NCBI GenBank assembly: GCA_037142615.1
Contig: JBAXAI010000007.1
Location: 64,001 to 128,000 of the forward strand
Source of the DNA: Spirochaetales bacterium
GTDB taxonomy: Bacteria; Spirochaetota; Spirochaetia; JABEVK01
Direction of reading: 5' to 3'
Length of the DNA: 64,000 bases
Part shown: in pieces, positions 43,531 through 53,795 of the stretch
Numbering within the stretch: the first letter of the stretch is position 1
How the letters are laid out: the number at the start of each line of letters is the position of its first letter
The notes under the pieces: generated by a model
Told to the model about the DNA's origin: nothing
The model's database searches: none
What the model saw: only the letters and a program-made list of their open reading frames with translations
Program-made: the position numbers and the translations under genes

Positions 43531-44499
43531 ATGAAAACCCGCAAACTCGGTAAGACCAACATCGACATTACTCCCATCGGCCTGGGCTGTTGGCAATTCA
43601 GTCAAGGAGCCGGCATGATCGGTGGCGTTTGGGACACTCTGGCTCAGGCCACGATGACCGACATCGTCAAGACGGCCCTCGACGGGGGCATCAACTGGTT
43701 CGACACCGCCGAGATCTACGGCAACGGCAAGTCGGAAGAAGCGTTGGCGGCGGCCCTCAAGGCGCTTGGCAGCCAGCCCGGTGACGTCGTGGTGGCAACC
43801 AAGTGGTGGCCGCTGCTTCGCACGGCCGGCCACCTGGTTTCGTCGGTTCAAGAGAGGCAGCGAGTGCTGTCGCCCTACCCCATCGACCTGTTGCAAATTC
43901 ACCAGCCCATGTCGCTTTCGAGCGTGGAAAAGCAAGCCCAGGGCCTTGCGACGCTCCTCAAAGACAAGCAGGTGAAAAGCGTCGGCGTCAGCAATTTCAA
44001 CGCGAAGGCGATGCGGACAACCCACCGTATTCTGGCCGAGGAAGGTCTGGTGCTGGCTTCCAATCAGGTGCACTACAACCTCGCCGCCCGTGAGATCGAA
44101 CACGATGGCACCCTCGACGCGGCCAAGGAACTCGGCATCACGATCATAGCCTACTCGCCGCTGGCGCAGGGCCTGCTCACTGGCCGCTTCCACACCGACC
44201 CGGCGCAGGCGGCCAAGGTGCACGCGTTCCGCCGCATGCGCAACGGCCTCGACGCCAAGGGCTTGGCCGCCAGCAAGCCGTTGATCGACGACCTGCTTTC
44301 CATCGCGGCCCGGCATCAAGCGGGCGGAACCGCTGCGACCGCAGGACAGGTGGCTCTCAACTGGCTCGTGACCCACCACGGCGACACAGTGGTTGCCATC
44401 CCAGGGGCCAGCAAGCCCAAGCAGGCCTTTGAGGCCGCCCACGCGCTCGACTTCACGCTGACCTCCGAAGAGCAGGAGGCGCTGGCTCGTCATGTTTGA
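43531..44499 (+). CDS. Aldo/keto reductase
   Basis: IGLGCWQ, FDTAEIYG, IDLLQIH, VGVSNF, AYSPLAQGLLTG. Confidence 0.93.
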   Translation: MKTRKLGKTNIDITPIGLGCWQFSQGAGMIGGVWDTLAQATMTDIVKTALDGGINWFDTAEIYGNGKSEEALAAALKALGSQPGDVVVATKWWPLLRTAGHLVSSVQERQRVLSPYPIDLLQIHQPMSLSSVEKQAQGLATLLKDKQVKSVGVSNFNAKAMRTTHRILAEEGLVLASNQVHYNLAAREIEHDGTLDAAKELGITIIAYSPLAQGLLTGRFHTDPAQAAKVHAFRRMRNGLDAKGLAASKPLIDDLLSIAARHQAGGTAATAGQVALNWLVTHHGDTVVAIPGASKPKQAFEAAHALDFTLTSEEQEALARHV

Positions 44500-44890
44500 A
44501 CTAGGGCTCAAGCGGGACTTTATCGCGCGACATGCGCTGCTGGGGGTCGACGGCCCCGAAGGGCAACTCCATAGCCACCATTTTGTGGTGGAGTGGACCC
44601 TTTCGGGCCGCGAGCTCAACGAACAGGGCTACCTCGTCGACCTCTTGGAACTGGAGGCGGTGCTTGACCGGGTGACCGACGGGTTGCGGGACCGCGTGCT
44701 GAACGACGAACCGGAGTTTCTGGGGCTCAACCCCTCGGTGGAACACTTGGCCCGGATCCTGGCCGCGCGGCTGAGGCCGGTGCTGCTGTCACCGACCAAC
44801 GCCACGCGGCTCGCCTCGAGCACCATCAAGGTGTGGGAGCACGAGCGCGCGTGGGCTTCGTGGCAAGAGGCTTTGCCCCCTACTTCTTGA
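44492..44890 (+). CDS. 6-pyruvoyl-tetrahydropterin synthase (QueD/PTPS) family, Cys-less variant
   Basis: FIARHAL, EGQLHSHH, LNPSVEHLA, KVWE. Confidence 0.8.
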   Translation: MFELGLKRDFIARHALLGVDGPEGQLHSHHFVVEWTLSGRELNEQGYLVDLLELEAVLDRVTDGLRDRVLNDEPEFLGLNPSVEHLARILAARLRPVLLSPTNATRLASSTIKVWEHERAWASWQEALPPTS

Positions 44891-45356
44891 AGGCTTTCCG
44901 GTTGCGCTCGATGAAGTCGCGGTGAAACTTCACGTGGTCGACGTAAATGTCGAGCCAGGTTTCGAGATTCACTGGTCCTTGGGTCGAGTGCGTGTAAGTG
45001 AGCTTAGTCCAGTCGTGGTCGACAATGGACTGCAGGTGCCTCGCAGCGATGCGACGAAGCAGCTTCACCAGCGCTACGCTGTCGGCCAAGCTCGTGGCAT
45101 GGTAGTTCAGTTTCGGGGTCCAGACCTCTTCGTCGTAGCCGACGGCGGATCCACCCGGCTCGGCAACGGCCTTGCGGTACCGGTGCACCGCAGCAACGTC
45201 ACTTTCCATAAAGTGCACGACATGTTCGTGGATAGTCCAGGCATCGACGGTCGGCCGGAAGGTCAGCAGGGCCGGGGGCATGGCCAAGACGTCGTCGAAC
45301 GCGTCGGCCCCCTTCAGGTACTCCGCAATACGGGTTTCTTTTTGGGCTGGGGTCAT
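44880..45356 (-). CDS. DinB-family protein
   Basis: WTIHEHVVH, YDEEVW, YVDHVKFH. Confidence 0.8.
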   Translation of the reverse strand: MTPAQKETRIAEYLKGADAFDDVLAMPPALLTFRPTVDAWTIHEHVVHFMESDVAAVHRYRKAVAEPGGSAVGYDEEVWTPKLNYHATSLADSVALVKLLRRIAARHLQSIVDHDWTKLTYTHSTQGPVNLETWLDIYVDHVKFHRDFIERNRKAFKK

Positions 45357-45375
45357 GGAATCCTCCACAGCTATG

Positions 45376-46368
45376 CTAGCGGCCCGAGAGCGCCTTGAAC
45401 AGTCCCGGATTCAGGGCGGCCACTTCAGGGGTTTCGCTGTCCCGGTTCGCCCCGCCACGCCCGTTACCGACCCGGATCCGGGCCGCCTCTCGGTAGAACT
45501 CGGTCCAGCGGTCTCCAGGAGCGAGGCTCTCGGCCACTTCGAGCTGTTGCAGGGCGGCTTCGCCATCGCCTGACGCCAACAGGTAACCGGCCAGCCGTTG
45601 CCGCAACAGGAACGATTGAGGATTCACGACCAGCGCGTGCTCGAGTTCCGGTATGGCGCGGGCCCAATCTTTCCAGGGCCTTCGACTCCTGTACGGCGAA
45701 ACCGCCGTCAACCGCGAGTAGAGAAAGATCCCAAACCCGAGGGTCGCGGCATCAGCCAAAAGGTTGAACTCGAGGCCGACGCCAACGGTCGCGAGAGTAT
45801 TGAACAGGGCATGCGAAAACACGGCCGGCACCAAGGCCAGCGCGGGAGTCGACCAACGCAAGACTTTTCCCTTGCCATGATACACTTCGTACCCGTGGTA
45901 GCCACCCCACACCGCGCCGTACACCATGTGCCCGGGCAGCGATACAAACGCCCGCAGGAGCAGCAGGGGCCAGCCACCACTCAGACCGTACAGGAAGTTC
46001 TCGACAAGGGCGAAGCCAAGACCTACCTGAGCCCCCTGGAGGCTCCCGTCCTGCGGTTCCCGGATGGTTTTTAGCAGGGTCGCCACCAGAGCGAACGTGA
46101 GGTACTTGCCCAGTTCTTCCACCGGGGCGTTGACAAGCCAGATGTAGAGGATTTGCTGCCAGGTTTCACCGCTCGATCGTTGAAACCACAGTGGCGACAA
46201 CTGGTAAAGCCCCAGCGAGGGCAAAACAGAAAGGGCACCGGCAGCGACGAAAATCCAGACGAAGGTCTGGCCCCCCTTGTCGCTGCGATGCCGATCGAGC
46301 CGCTTCAGGAAGCTCAGAACCAAGCCGCCCGACGCCACGGAAAGTCCCAAAAGGACGAGCAGTTCCAT
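45376..46368 (-). CDS. PrsW-family intramembrane metalloprotease with C-terminal TPR-like segment
   Basis: PVEELGKY, GLGFALVENFLY, PGHM, FSHALFN. Confidence 0.88.
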   Translation of the reverse strand: MELLVLLGLSVASGGLVLSFLKRLDRHRSDKGGQTFVWIFVAAGALSVLPSLGLYQLSPLWFQRSSGETWQQILYIWLVNAPVEELGKYLTFALVATLLKTIREPQDGSLQGAQVGLGFALVENFLYGLSGGWPLLLLRAFVSLPGHMVYGAVWGGYHGYEVYHGKGKVLRWSTPALALVPAVFSHALFNTLATVGVGLEFNLLADAATLGFGIFLYSRLTAVSPYRSRRPWKDWARAIPELEHALVVNPQSFLLRQRLAGYLLASGDGEAALQQLEVAESLAPGDRWTEFYREAARIRVGNGRGGANRDSETPEVAALNPGLFKALSGR

Positions 46369-46383
46369 GGCAGGGCGGAGCGT

Positions 46384-47121
46384 TTACTCGGTGCGGGTGG
46401 CCTTGGTGGCCGTGATGTAGCTTTCTTCGAGGCCCTTGACCGGCACAACCCAGGCGAGGAACTTCTTGGCCTCGTCCTGATTGGCATACGGGCCGACGCG
46501 AACCCGTACTACGGTTACGCCGCTAACGGTCACGGTGCTGAGGGTGCCCTTGAGGCCCTGGTTTTCCAGCGTCTTCGACACGGCTTCGGCCTGGTAGCGG
46601 TCTTTAAAGGCACCTACCTGCAACCAATACTCGGTGACCGTCACGGTTTTGGTCGCCTTGGTAACCTTGGGTGGCGTCTTGGCGGCCGGCGCTTTCACGG
46701 CAGGTTTGGTCACGGGCGTCTTGGCCACGGTTTCGGGGAAGGCAACGGTGCCGCTCGACTGCAGGCTCTCGGCCGGAGACTTGGCTTGCGGCTTTGCGGT
46801 CGAGGTGCCCGTTGCCGGGTTTTCCTCGGGCATTGTGACCACGAAGCCGCCGTTGGGTGTGTCGGTGGTGGGCGAAGTCTTGTCTGTCTCGGTGGTGGCC
46901 AGGCCGGTGGTCGGAGAAGCCTGTGGATTGCGCGACCACTCGACCGGATCAAAGGCGTCGGGCAACGCTGTGGTCGCCGGGGCGAGAGTGGTTGCCGTGG
47001 TTGCGGGGATCTGCTTGGCGGCCCCCTGATCGCGCGAGAAAAAGAAGTACGCGACTGCGATGATGAGGGTCAGACTGGCCAAGCCGGCCAACAGGAAAAT
47101 CATACCTTTCGAATTCTTCAT
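46384..47121 (-). CDS. SPOR-domain protein
   Basis: N-terminal TM, Thr/Pro linker, YWLQVGAF...RVRVGPY. Confidence 0.9.
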   Translation of the reverse strand: MKNSKGMIFLLAGLASLTLIIAVAYFFFSRDQGAAKQIPATTATTLAPATTALPDAFDPVEWSRNPQASPTTGLATTETDKTSPTTDTPNGGFVVTMPEENPATGTSTAKPQAKSPAESLQSSGTVAFPETVAKTPVTKPAVKAPAAKTPPKVTKATKTVTVTEYWLQVGAFKDRYQAEAVSKTLENQGLKGTLSTVTVSGVTVVRVRVGPYANQDEAKKFLAWVVPVKGLEESYITATKATRTE

Positions 47122-47720
47122 GGCTTCCTCTCGGGGAAAACCTGTATCAGGCGGCCCAGGAGTTCGTCCATGGTAGCCAGAGCCTGTTCCGGGCGAGCCG
47201 GGTTTTCCACACTATGAATATCGACACCAGCGCCAAAATCCTGAGGGCCGAGTTTCCGCTGGGCCCAAACCCTTTTCAGAAGAAAACTCCAGGGCCGCCG
47301 GTCACGTTGGCGGGCCCGGCGCAGGCGCGTCCACAAGGGAGCCTTCACCCAGATGACGACGTCGAGCACTGCTTCCAAGCCCGCCTTGGCCAGCAAGGCC
47401 GCATGGACCACTGCGGGTTGGCCCCCGAGCCGCTCGAGCCGATCCAGCAGCGTCGAGGTCACCCAAGGGTGAATAAGGGCTTCCAGAGCTGCCAACGCCT
47501 CTGGATGGCCAAACATCTGTCCGCCGAGCTCTTTCCGGTCGGCCGTCCCAAACCGCGCACGGACCGCCCGGGCAACTTCGGGGGCTTCCAGGGCCTCGTG
47601 CCCCAGTTGGTCGGCGTCAAAAACGGCAAAACCGCGCCGAACAAAAGCGGGCAGCAGGGTGTCTTTTCCCGACGCCACCTTTCCCGCCAGACCTACGACC
47701 AGCGAACCCTTGCCGGTCAA
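47118..47720 (-). CDS. coaE: Dephospho-CoA kinase
   Basis: VGLAGKVASGKD, FDADQLGH, DRKELG, LEALIHP; follows polA. Confidence 0.88.
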   Translation of the reverse strand: MTGKGSLVVGLAGKVASGKDTLLPAFVRRGFAVFDADQLGHEALEAPEVARAVRARFGTADRKELGGQMFGHPEALAALEALIHPWVTSTLLDRLERLGGQPAVVHAALLAKAGLEAVLDVVIWVKAPLWTRLRRARQRDRRPWSFLLKRVWAQRKLGPQDFGAGVDIHSVENPARPEQALATMDELLGRLIQVFPERKP

Positions 47721-50521
47721 TGCAATTCACCCCAGTTGAGCCCGGATTCGATGCCGACCCTGAGCGGCACATTGAGGGTCATCACGGCCTCCATTTCGCG
47801 TCGCAACAACGCCTGGATGGGCTCGACTTCGTGTTCGGGCACTTCGAGCAGGAGTTCGTCGTGCACCTGCAGCAACAGCTTGGCTTGGAACCCGCCGGCG
47901 GAAAGGGCCTTGTCGACGGCCAGCATGGCCAGCTTGACGAGGTCGGCGGCGCTGCCCTGGATGGGGGTGTTCATGGCCACCCGCTCGGCAGCCTGCTTCT
48001 CGACCCGGTTGCGGCCGTTGATGTTGGGCAAGGCGCGTTTGTGACCGAGCATCGTGGTCACCTCGCCGGTCTTTTCGGCCAGGGCGATCACTTCCTGAAA
48101 GTAGCCGTCGACCCGCGAAAACTCGCGCTTGTAGGCATCAAAAAAGGCCTGCGCCTCTTTGCGGCTGATCTTGAGCTCGTTGGCGAGGCGGAAGGCCGAC
48201 ATGCCGTACATCAGGCCGAAGTTGATGGCCTTGGCCGCCCGCCGCATGTCGCTGGTGACCTGTTCCAGCGGCACGCCGAGCATCAGGCTCGCGGTGCGTT
48301 TGTGGATGTCGACACCGTCACGGAACGCTCCGACGAGGTTGGCGTCACCACAAAGGTGGGCCAGTACCACCAGTTCGATCTGCGAATAGTCGGCCGACAC
48401 GAAGCGCCACCCCTCGCGGGGCACAAACGCGGTACGGATGCGGCGGCCATCGTCCTCGCGGATGGGGATGTTCTGCAGGTTAGGATCCTTGCTGGCCAGC
48501 CTTCCCGTCGCCGTGCCTGTCTGCATGTACTGCGTGTGCACTCGCCCGGTACTGGGGTGGACCAGTTGAGGCAAGGTTTCGACGTAGGTACTCTTAAGTT
48601 TGCTAAGGCTCCGCCACGCCAGAATCTTGGCAGGTACCGGGTCCTGCTCGGCCAACTCCTCGAGAATGTCGCTGTCGGTGGAGTAACCGGTTTTGATCTT
48701 GGCTCGGCTAGGTGGCGTGAGCTGGCGGTCGATGAACAGAATCTCTTGCAGCTGTTTAGGCGAGCCAAGGTTGAACTGCTTGCCACACAACGCGAAGATC
48801 TCGGCCTCAATGTCGGCGATGCGCCGCACCAGTTCGACGCCGAAGGTGGCCAGCTCGTCCCCGCGAAGCACGATTCCCTCGTCTTCCATGCGGGCCAAGA
48901 GCAGACTCAGCGGCAACTCCAAGTCGTGGAGCAGCCCGGTCAGCCCGGCCGCCTCGAGTTTGGGGGCCAGCTTGCGGTAAAGCCTCCACGTCAGGTCGGC
49001 ATCCTCGGCCCCATATTTCACGGCGCTTTCCAGCGGCACGTCGGCGAAGGTTTTGCCCTTGCCCACCAGATCACCAAAGGCGATTCCCTTGACGCCCAAC
49101 CAGCCGACGCCGAGAACTTCCAGCCCAAACTGACCGGCCCCAGCGTCGAGCAGCCAGGCGGCGAGCATTGTGTCGAAGCCGATGCGCGGAACAGTGACCC
49201 CGAGACGGCGAAGAATTTTCCAGTCGAACTTGAAGTTCTGCCCGACAACGCAAAACTCCGGATCCTCGAGCAGAGGCTTGAGCCGCTCGAGCACCACTTT
49301 CTGGTCCAGCAATTCAGGCCCGCCCAACTCGCCGCTGGTCGCGCAGAGCAGAGGCAAATAGGCTGCCTTGCCTTCCTCGCAGGCCAGCGAAAGGCCCACC
49401 AGCCGGCACCGGAAGGTGTCGAGGCTGTCGGTTTCCAGGTCGACAGCCCCAGCGCCGACGGCACGCAACCTGGCGATCCACGCGTCGAGGGTTTCGAGCG
49501 TGAGGATGGCTTCGTAGTCGCCGACCAACGGTTGGGGGCCAGTTGGTCCCGGTTCAGCTTCCGGGTCCGAGGCATTGGGCGGGTCAAGGCCGAGTTGCCC
49601 GGCCTCGGCCGCTGCTCCAAGCTTGGCCAGGACTCTGGCCTCGGCGGCCAGAGATTTGCTGTTCTGCTTCAAAAAGAGGTCGGCCGCAGCGTTGCCAGGC
49701 TTCCACGTCAAAAGAGTAGTCTCCAGCGAGAACCCCAGTTCCAGGTCTTCGCGAAGGATGGTGAGGCTCTTGCTGAGTTTGGCGTTGTCTCGGCCTTCTT
49801 CCAGATTCTTTTTGACGCCTACCTTGGTGATCTCGGCCAGGCGCTCGTAGATGCCGTCGAGGCTACCGTAGTCGGCCAGCAACTGGATGGCCGTTTTGTC
49901 GCCGATGCCCTTGACGCCGGGAATGTTGTCGGCGGTATCGCCCACCAAGGCCAGCCAGTCGGCAATTTGCTCGGGGCGAACTCCTTTGCTCTTAAAGACT
50001 TCATCCGGTCCCAAGCGGCTCCAGCCCCCCTTGAACCCGCTGCGAAGGATGGTGACGCTGCCACCCACCAACTGCATCAGGTCTTTGTCGTTGCTGACGA
50101 TGACGCACTCCACCCCGCGTTGCTGGCACCAGCGCGAACCGGTAGCGATCAGGTCGTCGGCCTCGAAGCCATCCTGTTGCATCACGGGCACACCCAGTGC
50201 GGTCAAGGTTTCCTCGATCCAGGGGAGGTTGCTCAACAGGTCGTCGGGAGCCGCATCGCGGTGGGCCTTGTACTGGTCAAACAAGGCGTCGCGGAAGGTG
50301 GGGGTGCGGGAATCGTACATGACGACCAAGTGGGTGGGCTTCTGCTCGCGCACCAGCTGAAACAGCGTCTTGAAAAAGCCGAAATAGGCGTTGATATTCT
50401 TCCCGTCGGCATTCAAAATGGGCCTGTCGACAAACGCGTGGTACGACCGAAAGATCAAGGCAAACGCGTCGAGAAGCAGCACTTTGGGCTGACGATCATG
50501 GGGGGCCGATGAGGAGCTCAT
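47717..50521 (-). CDS. polA: DNA polymerase I
   Basis: 5'-3' exonuclease (FEADDLIA), 3'-5' exonuclease (DLET, NFKFD, YGAED), polymerase (ADYSQIEL, KAINFGLMYG, QVHDEL). Confidence 0.97.
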   Translation of the reverse strand: MSSSSAPHDRQPKVLLLDAFALIFRSYHAFVDRPILNADGKNINAYFGFFKTLFQLVREQKPTHLVVMYDSRTPTFRDALFDQYKAHRDAAPDDLLSNLPWIEETLTALGVPVMQQDGFEADDLIATGSRWCQQRGVECVIVSNDKDLMQLVGGSVTILRSGFKGGWSRLGPDEVFKSKGVRPEQIADWLALVGDTADNIPGVKGIGDKTAIQLLADYGSLDGIYERLAEITKVGVKKNLEEGRDNAKLSKSLTILREDLELGFSLETTLLTWKPGNAAADLFLKQNSKSLAAEARVLAKLGAAAEAGQLGLDPPNASDPEAEPGPTGPQPLVGDYEAILTLETLDAWIARLRAVGAGAVDLETDSLDTFRCRLVGLSLACEEGKAAYLPLLCATSGELGGPELLDQKVVLERLKPLLEDPEFCVVGQNFKFDWKILRRLGVTVPRIGFDTMLAAWLLDAGAGQFGLEVLGVGWLGVKGIAFGDLVGKGKTFADVPLESAVKYGAEDADLTWRLYRKLAPKLEAAGLTGLLHDLELPLSLLLARMEDEGIVLRGDELATFGVELVRRIADIEAEIFALCGKQFNLGSPKQLQEILFIDRQLTPPSRAKIKTGYSTDSDILEELAEQDPVPAKILAWRSLSKLKSTYVETLPQLVHPSTGRVHTQYMQTGTATGRLASKDPNLQNIPIREDDGRRIRTAFVPREGWRFVSADYSQIELVVLAHLCGDANLVGAFRDGVDIHKRTASLMLGVPLEQVTSDMRRAAKAINFGLMYGMSAFRLANELKISRKEAQAFFDAYKREFSRVDGYFQEVIALAEKTGEVTTMLGHKRALPNINGRNRVEKQAAERVAMNTPIQGSAADLVKLAMLAVDKALSAGGFQAKLLLQVHDELLLEVPEHEVEPIQALLRREMEAVMTLNVPLRVGIESGLNWGELH

Positions 50522-50530
50522 CCGCCGAGT

Positions 50531-50995
50531 TTACGTTGTGATGTCGACCAATGTCGAGACGGAGCGCTGGCCCGTGTACGGGTTGCGCCCGCGTACGTTG
50601 GGCCGCAACCGCAGGATCTCGCCCTGCACCTGGGCCATGCGAGCCGACAACAGGGTACGGTTCTTCTCGTTCTTTTCGAGCACCTGCGACTTGAGGTTTG
50701 CCAGCGTGGCCTTGAGCTCAACAACCTCGACATCATGGTCGAGCGGGTACGACTGCTTCCAGACGGCCTCGAGGGGGTCGATCACCTTTTGGAAGGTATG
50801 GATCTCGGCGACCAGGTTCTCTTCGAGTTCCACCTGAAGGCGCAGGGTATCGACCTTGTCGTTTTCGATGCTCGACTTTTCGGCGTCGAGCACCAGCATG
50901 TAATTGCGGAACTTTTCGCGCTGAGCCAAGAGCGTGGTCTTCAGGCGCTTCAGCAGGGCGACCCGGCGGTCGACCTCTTCTTTGGTCAGAACCAT
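50531..50995 (-). CDS. flgN: FlgN-like flagellar export chaperone
   Basis: Helical coiled-coil protein directly after fliS; start MVLTKEE. Confidence 0.6.
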   Translation of the reverse strand: MVLTKEEVDRRVALLKRLKTTLLAQREKFRNYMLVLDAEKSSIENDKVDTLRLQVELEENLVAEIHTFQKVIDPLEAVWKQSYPLDHDVEVVELKATLANLKSQVLEKNEKNRTLLSARMAQVQGEILRLRPNVRGRNPYTGQRSVSTLVDITT

Positions 50996-51015
50996 GAGCG
51001 ATTCCTTTCGCGGGG

Positions 51016-51444
51016 CTAGCCTGCGATGTTCACACCCACCTGGGGGCGGGGCATTTCGTCGACCCGCGAATTGGCAATCTGAACCCAAGCCGAGCGAAGG
51101 TCGGCAACGAAGGCCCTGACCAGTTTCAAAGGCTCGACGTCTTTCTTCATGTTGCCCTCACGGATCTTCTCGTTGAAGAACACGTAAAGGCTCATCAGGT
51201 TGCGAGCGATCTCGCCTCCGCGGTCAAAATCGAGGCCGGTCATCAGTTCGGTGATGATGTCCTGGGTTTTGATGAGGGCATTGTGCACTTTGTCCAGTTG
51301 CTTCGTCTGAACCGAAAGCAGGCCGATCGCCGAGTCCAACTGCTTCACTGCTTCGTCATAGAGCATCACGATCAGCTTGCCTTGGGTGGCCGTCCGCACC
51401 GACACCTCTCGATAGGCGTTCAACGGGTTTCTCAGAACACTCAT
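51016..51444 (-). CDS. fliS: Flagellar export chaperone FliS
   Basis: AYREVSVRTATQGKLIVMLYDEAV, GGEIARNLMSLY, LRSAW. Confidence 0.93.
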   Translation of the reverse strand: MSVLRNPLNAYREVSVRTATQGKLIVMLYDEAVKQLDSAIGLLSVQTKQLDKVHNALIKTQDIITELMTGLDFDRGGEIARNLMSLYVFFNEKIREGNMKKDVEPLKLVRAFVADLRSAWVQIANSRVDEMPRPQVGVNIAG

Positions 51445-51483
51445 GCTTCCCTCCTGGGGCGACAATTCGATGTCTTCTCTCGT

Positions 51484-51511
51484 ATTTCGGCGGTTTCTTG
51501 AAGGGCCTTGA
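51484..51511 (-). promoter_or_regulatory. sigma28-like promoter upstream of fliS
   Basis: TCAA-N16-GCCGAAAT on the minus strand. Confidence 0.5.
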
Positions 51512-51514
51512 GGC

Positions 51515-53788
51515 TCATTTCCGGGACTTGTCCATAAGTTGCGAAACCGGCACCACATTGTACCCAGCCTCGACCAAAGCGTTGAGCAAAAGGTCCAGCC
51601 GGTTGAAAAAAGACTCCCCCGTTTTACTGTCTTTCATACCCAAGGTCAAGGGGATAACAGACCCAGGGAGTTTGTCGGCGAGAACCTGTTCGATGAGTTT
51701 CGAAACGTCAGCTTCGCGGTAAAAACCAGTGTTCACCACGACATCACGACCCACGGTACGGTAGTTGGCCTCGCGGGCGCCGGCCAGCAGAGCCGGGGCT
51801 TCCACCCAGCCTGGCGGGTGCCAGAGCAGCGAAAGTTCCTTGCCGGTGACGTGGAACCAGTCGTCTTCCTGCCGCGCCAAGCCCTGCTTGACGAACGAAC
51901 TGTCGATCACGAAGCCCGGCGTCGTCAGGTCAAACGGAATGTGAAACAGGTTTCCCACCTCGTGCGGACTCTGCGCTATCTCTTGCGAGGCCTGAGGGTT
52001 ACGCCGCAGGAACTCGCCGTTGACGAAGAAGGTGGTCTTGAAGCCCCAGTCGCGGAAGGCTCGAAGCACTTGCGGCAGACCCTCGGGGCTGTCGAGGGCA
52101 TCGATAGTAATGGCCACCTCGAGCGAGCGTTGGCGCGAACCGTGCACGAACGGCGCCGAAACGCCATCGCCTTTGGGCAAACTGTCGGCGCCCACAGCAG
52201 GGAACCCATCGTAGGGTTTGGCCGGTTGAGGGAACAACGGCGTCGTCGTGAGCGCCTTGAGGTTGCGCACCAGCACCCAATTGCGGTACGAACCGCTGGA
52301 CAGCTCATCGGTGTACACCCGGAAGCTGTTGTTGGCGGTCTGAGCGTCGGCCACTTTGAGTTCAATGCCCGAAAGCTTCCACTGGCCCTTGCCCTGCCAG
52401 AGGTACCACGACTTGCCCTGGCGCCCCGCGAGGCCCCCGACGTCGCTGGTGCCCACCTGGTCGAGCGTGCTCAACAGCAGGGTCTTGACCGTGCCCTCAA
52501 GCAGGCTGATCTTCACCGTGGCCAATTTGCTGCAAGCCAGGAGCGTGTTCTGATCCATCCAGAAGGCCGCGGTGAGGCCTTCGAGGTTGTAAGTTTTCTT
52601 TTCGGCGAGTCCAGAGGCTTCCCGCAGCGAAACGCCCTTGGCGGTGCTGACCAGAATCCACGATTCGTCGGGCGAAAACGCCAGATCGAGCACCGGAGCC
52701 TCGCCCGAGGGGAGCACCTGGGTTCCGGTGGCGGTGAGGCGCAGCACCTGAGTTTCGTCTTTGCCCCGGGTCAGACTGCTGGTGAGCAAGGTGATCTTTC
52801 CGTCTTTGCCCCAGAGCACCTTGCGGATGGTGAGGTTCTGCGGAAGCGGAAGGTAGGTCAGGGGCGCAAGAGTCTTGGACTGGTAAAAGTCCAAGTATTC
52901 CAGCGGATAATAGAACAGAGTGCGGCCGCCGAGGTTGAAAAGAACATTTTGACCTTCCGGGTCGATCCAAAACGCATCGTTGCTCGGCAAAAAGGGGAAA
53001 GGCAACTTACCCTTGATGCCCCAGGTCTGGAATTGCCCCTTGTACAGGCTCCTCGTGAAGAACTCCTCCGGGAGGATGCGGTACAACACTTCATCGACCA
53101 CGTAGTACAGTTCGCCGCCCGAACTCCAGGTGACGCTGCTGAGCATGCCGGGTCCAAGGCGCCGCAGCGACTCTTCGGGCACCCGTTTTTCCTTGGCCTG
53201 ACGGAGGGAGTAGTAGTAGAGCTCGCCTTTTTTTTCGTAGACGAAAAATTGACTGTCGGGCGACCACAGCGCTGGGACCGCGTTCCATGACAAATCCAAG
53301 CCGACAGCCGCATCGAGGCTGGTGTCTTTGCCGACGTCAAACAGCACCAGATCGCCAATCGCCGGCGAAACCCGGTCGAAGGTCAGCGCATACTGGCCGT
53401 CGGGAGAAAATTGAATGGGAAGGTCGCGCCCCTCGCCCAGCGGGTTGCGCTTTTCAAACGAACGGGGAGCGACTGACTTGACCGCCAGCGTGTTGGGGTC
53501 CAAACGCCAAACGCCAAAACCGTTCTGAATCTGCAATTGGCCCACCCGGGGTAGCCACGCGGCGGTTTCGGGGAAAAACGTGAGAGGCTCCAGCGCTGCC
53601 GCGGCGGGCGTGCCGGCAGCGAGGTCGGCTTTGTACCAGAGGCCGTAGGCGTCACCCGACCAGGGCGAGTGATTGGCCTGAAACACCAAGGAAGAAGCCG
53701 GGTTCAGATCCAAACCCGAAAACACCACCTCGGCCTCGAGGGAACCAAACAGACACAAGGTGGCGAACAGACGGGTCAAACTTTTCAT
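51515..53788 (-). CDS. Exported beta-propeller protein with C-terminal polysaccharide deacetylase-like domain
   Basis: Signal peptide, WSPD/FSPD repeats, ITIDALDS, TTFFVNGEF, HEVGNLF. Confidence 0.8.
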   Translation of the reverse strand: MKSLTRLFATLCLFGSLEAEVVFSGLDLNPASSLVFQANHSPWSGDAYGLWYKADLAAGTPAAAALEPLTFFPETAAWLPRVGQLQIQNGFGVWRLDPNTLAVKSVAPRSFEKRNPLGEGRDLPIQFSPDGQYALTFDRVSPAIGDLVLFDVGKDTSLDAAVGLDLSWNAVPALWSPDSQFFVYEKKGELYYYSLRQAKEKRVPEESLRRLGPGMLSSVTWSSGGELYYVVDEVLYRILPEEFFTRSLYKGQFQTWGIKGKLPFPFLPSNDAFWIDPEGQNVLFNLGGRTLFYYPLEYLDFYQSKTLAPLTYLPLPQNLTIRKVLWGKDGKITLLTSSLTRGKDETQVLRLTATGTQVLPSGEAPVLDLAFSPDESWILVSTAKGVSLREASGLAEKKTYNLEGLTAAFWMDQNTLLACSKLATVKISLLEGTVKTLLLSTLDQVGTSDVGGLAGRQGKSWYLWQGKGQWKLSGIELKVADAQTANNSFRVYTDELSSGSYRNWVLVRNLKALTTTPLFPQPAKPYDGFPAVGADSLPKGDGVSAPFVHGSRQRSLEVAITIDALDSPEGLPQVLRAFRDWGFKTTFFVNGEFLRRNPQASQEIAQSPHEVGNLFHIPFDLTTPGFVIDSSFVKQGLARQEDDWFHVTGKELSLLWHPPGWVEAPALLAGAREANYRTVGRDVVVNTGFYREADVSKLIEQVLADKLPGSVIPLTLGMKDSKTGESFFNRLDLLLNALVEAGYNVVPVSQLMDKSRK

Positions 53789-53795
53789 GGTTTCC

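Noticed and set aside
47720-50512. 930-aa plus-strand ORF
   Set aside because: Antisense shadow of polA caused by GC-rich codon bias; no motifs of its own.
45376-51444. Flagellar chaperones co-oriented with polA, coaE and SPOR gene
   Set aside because: As I recall, this is conserved spirochaete synteny; not novel.
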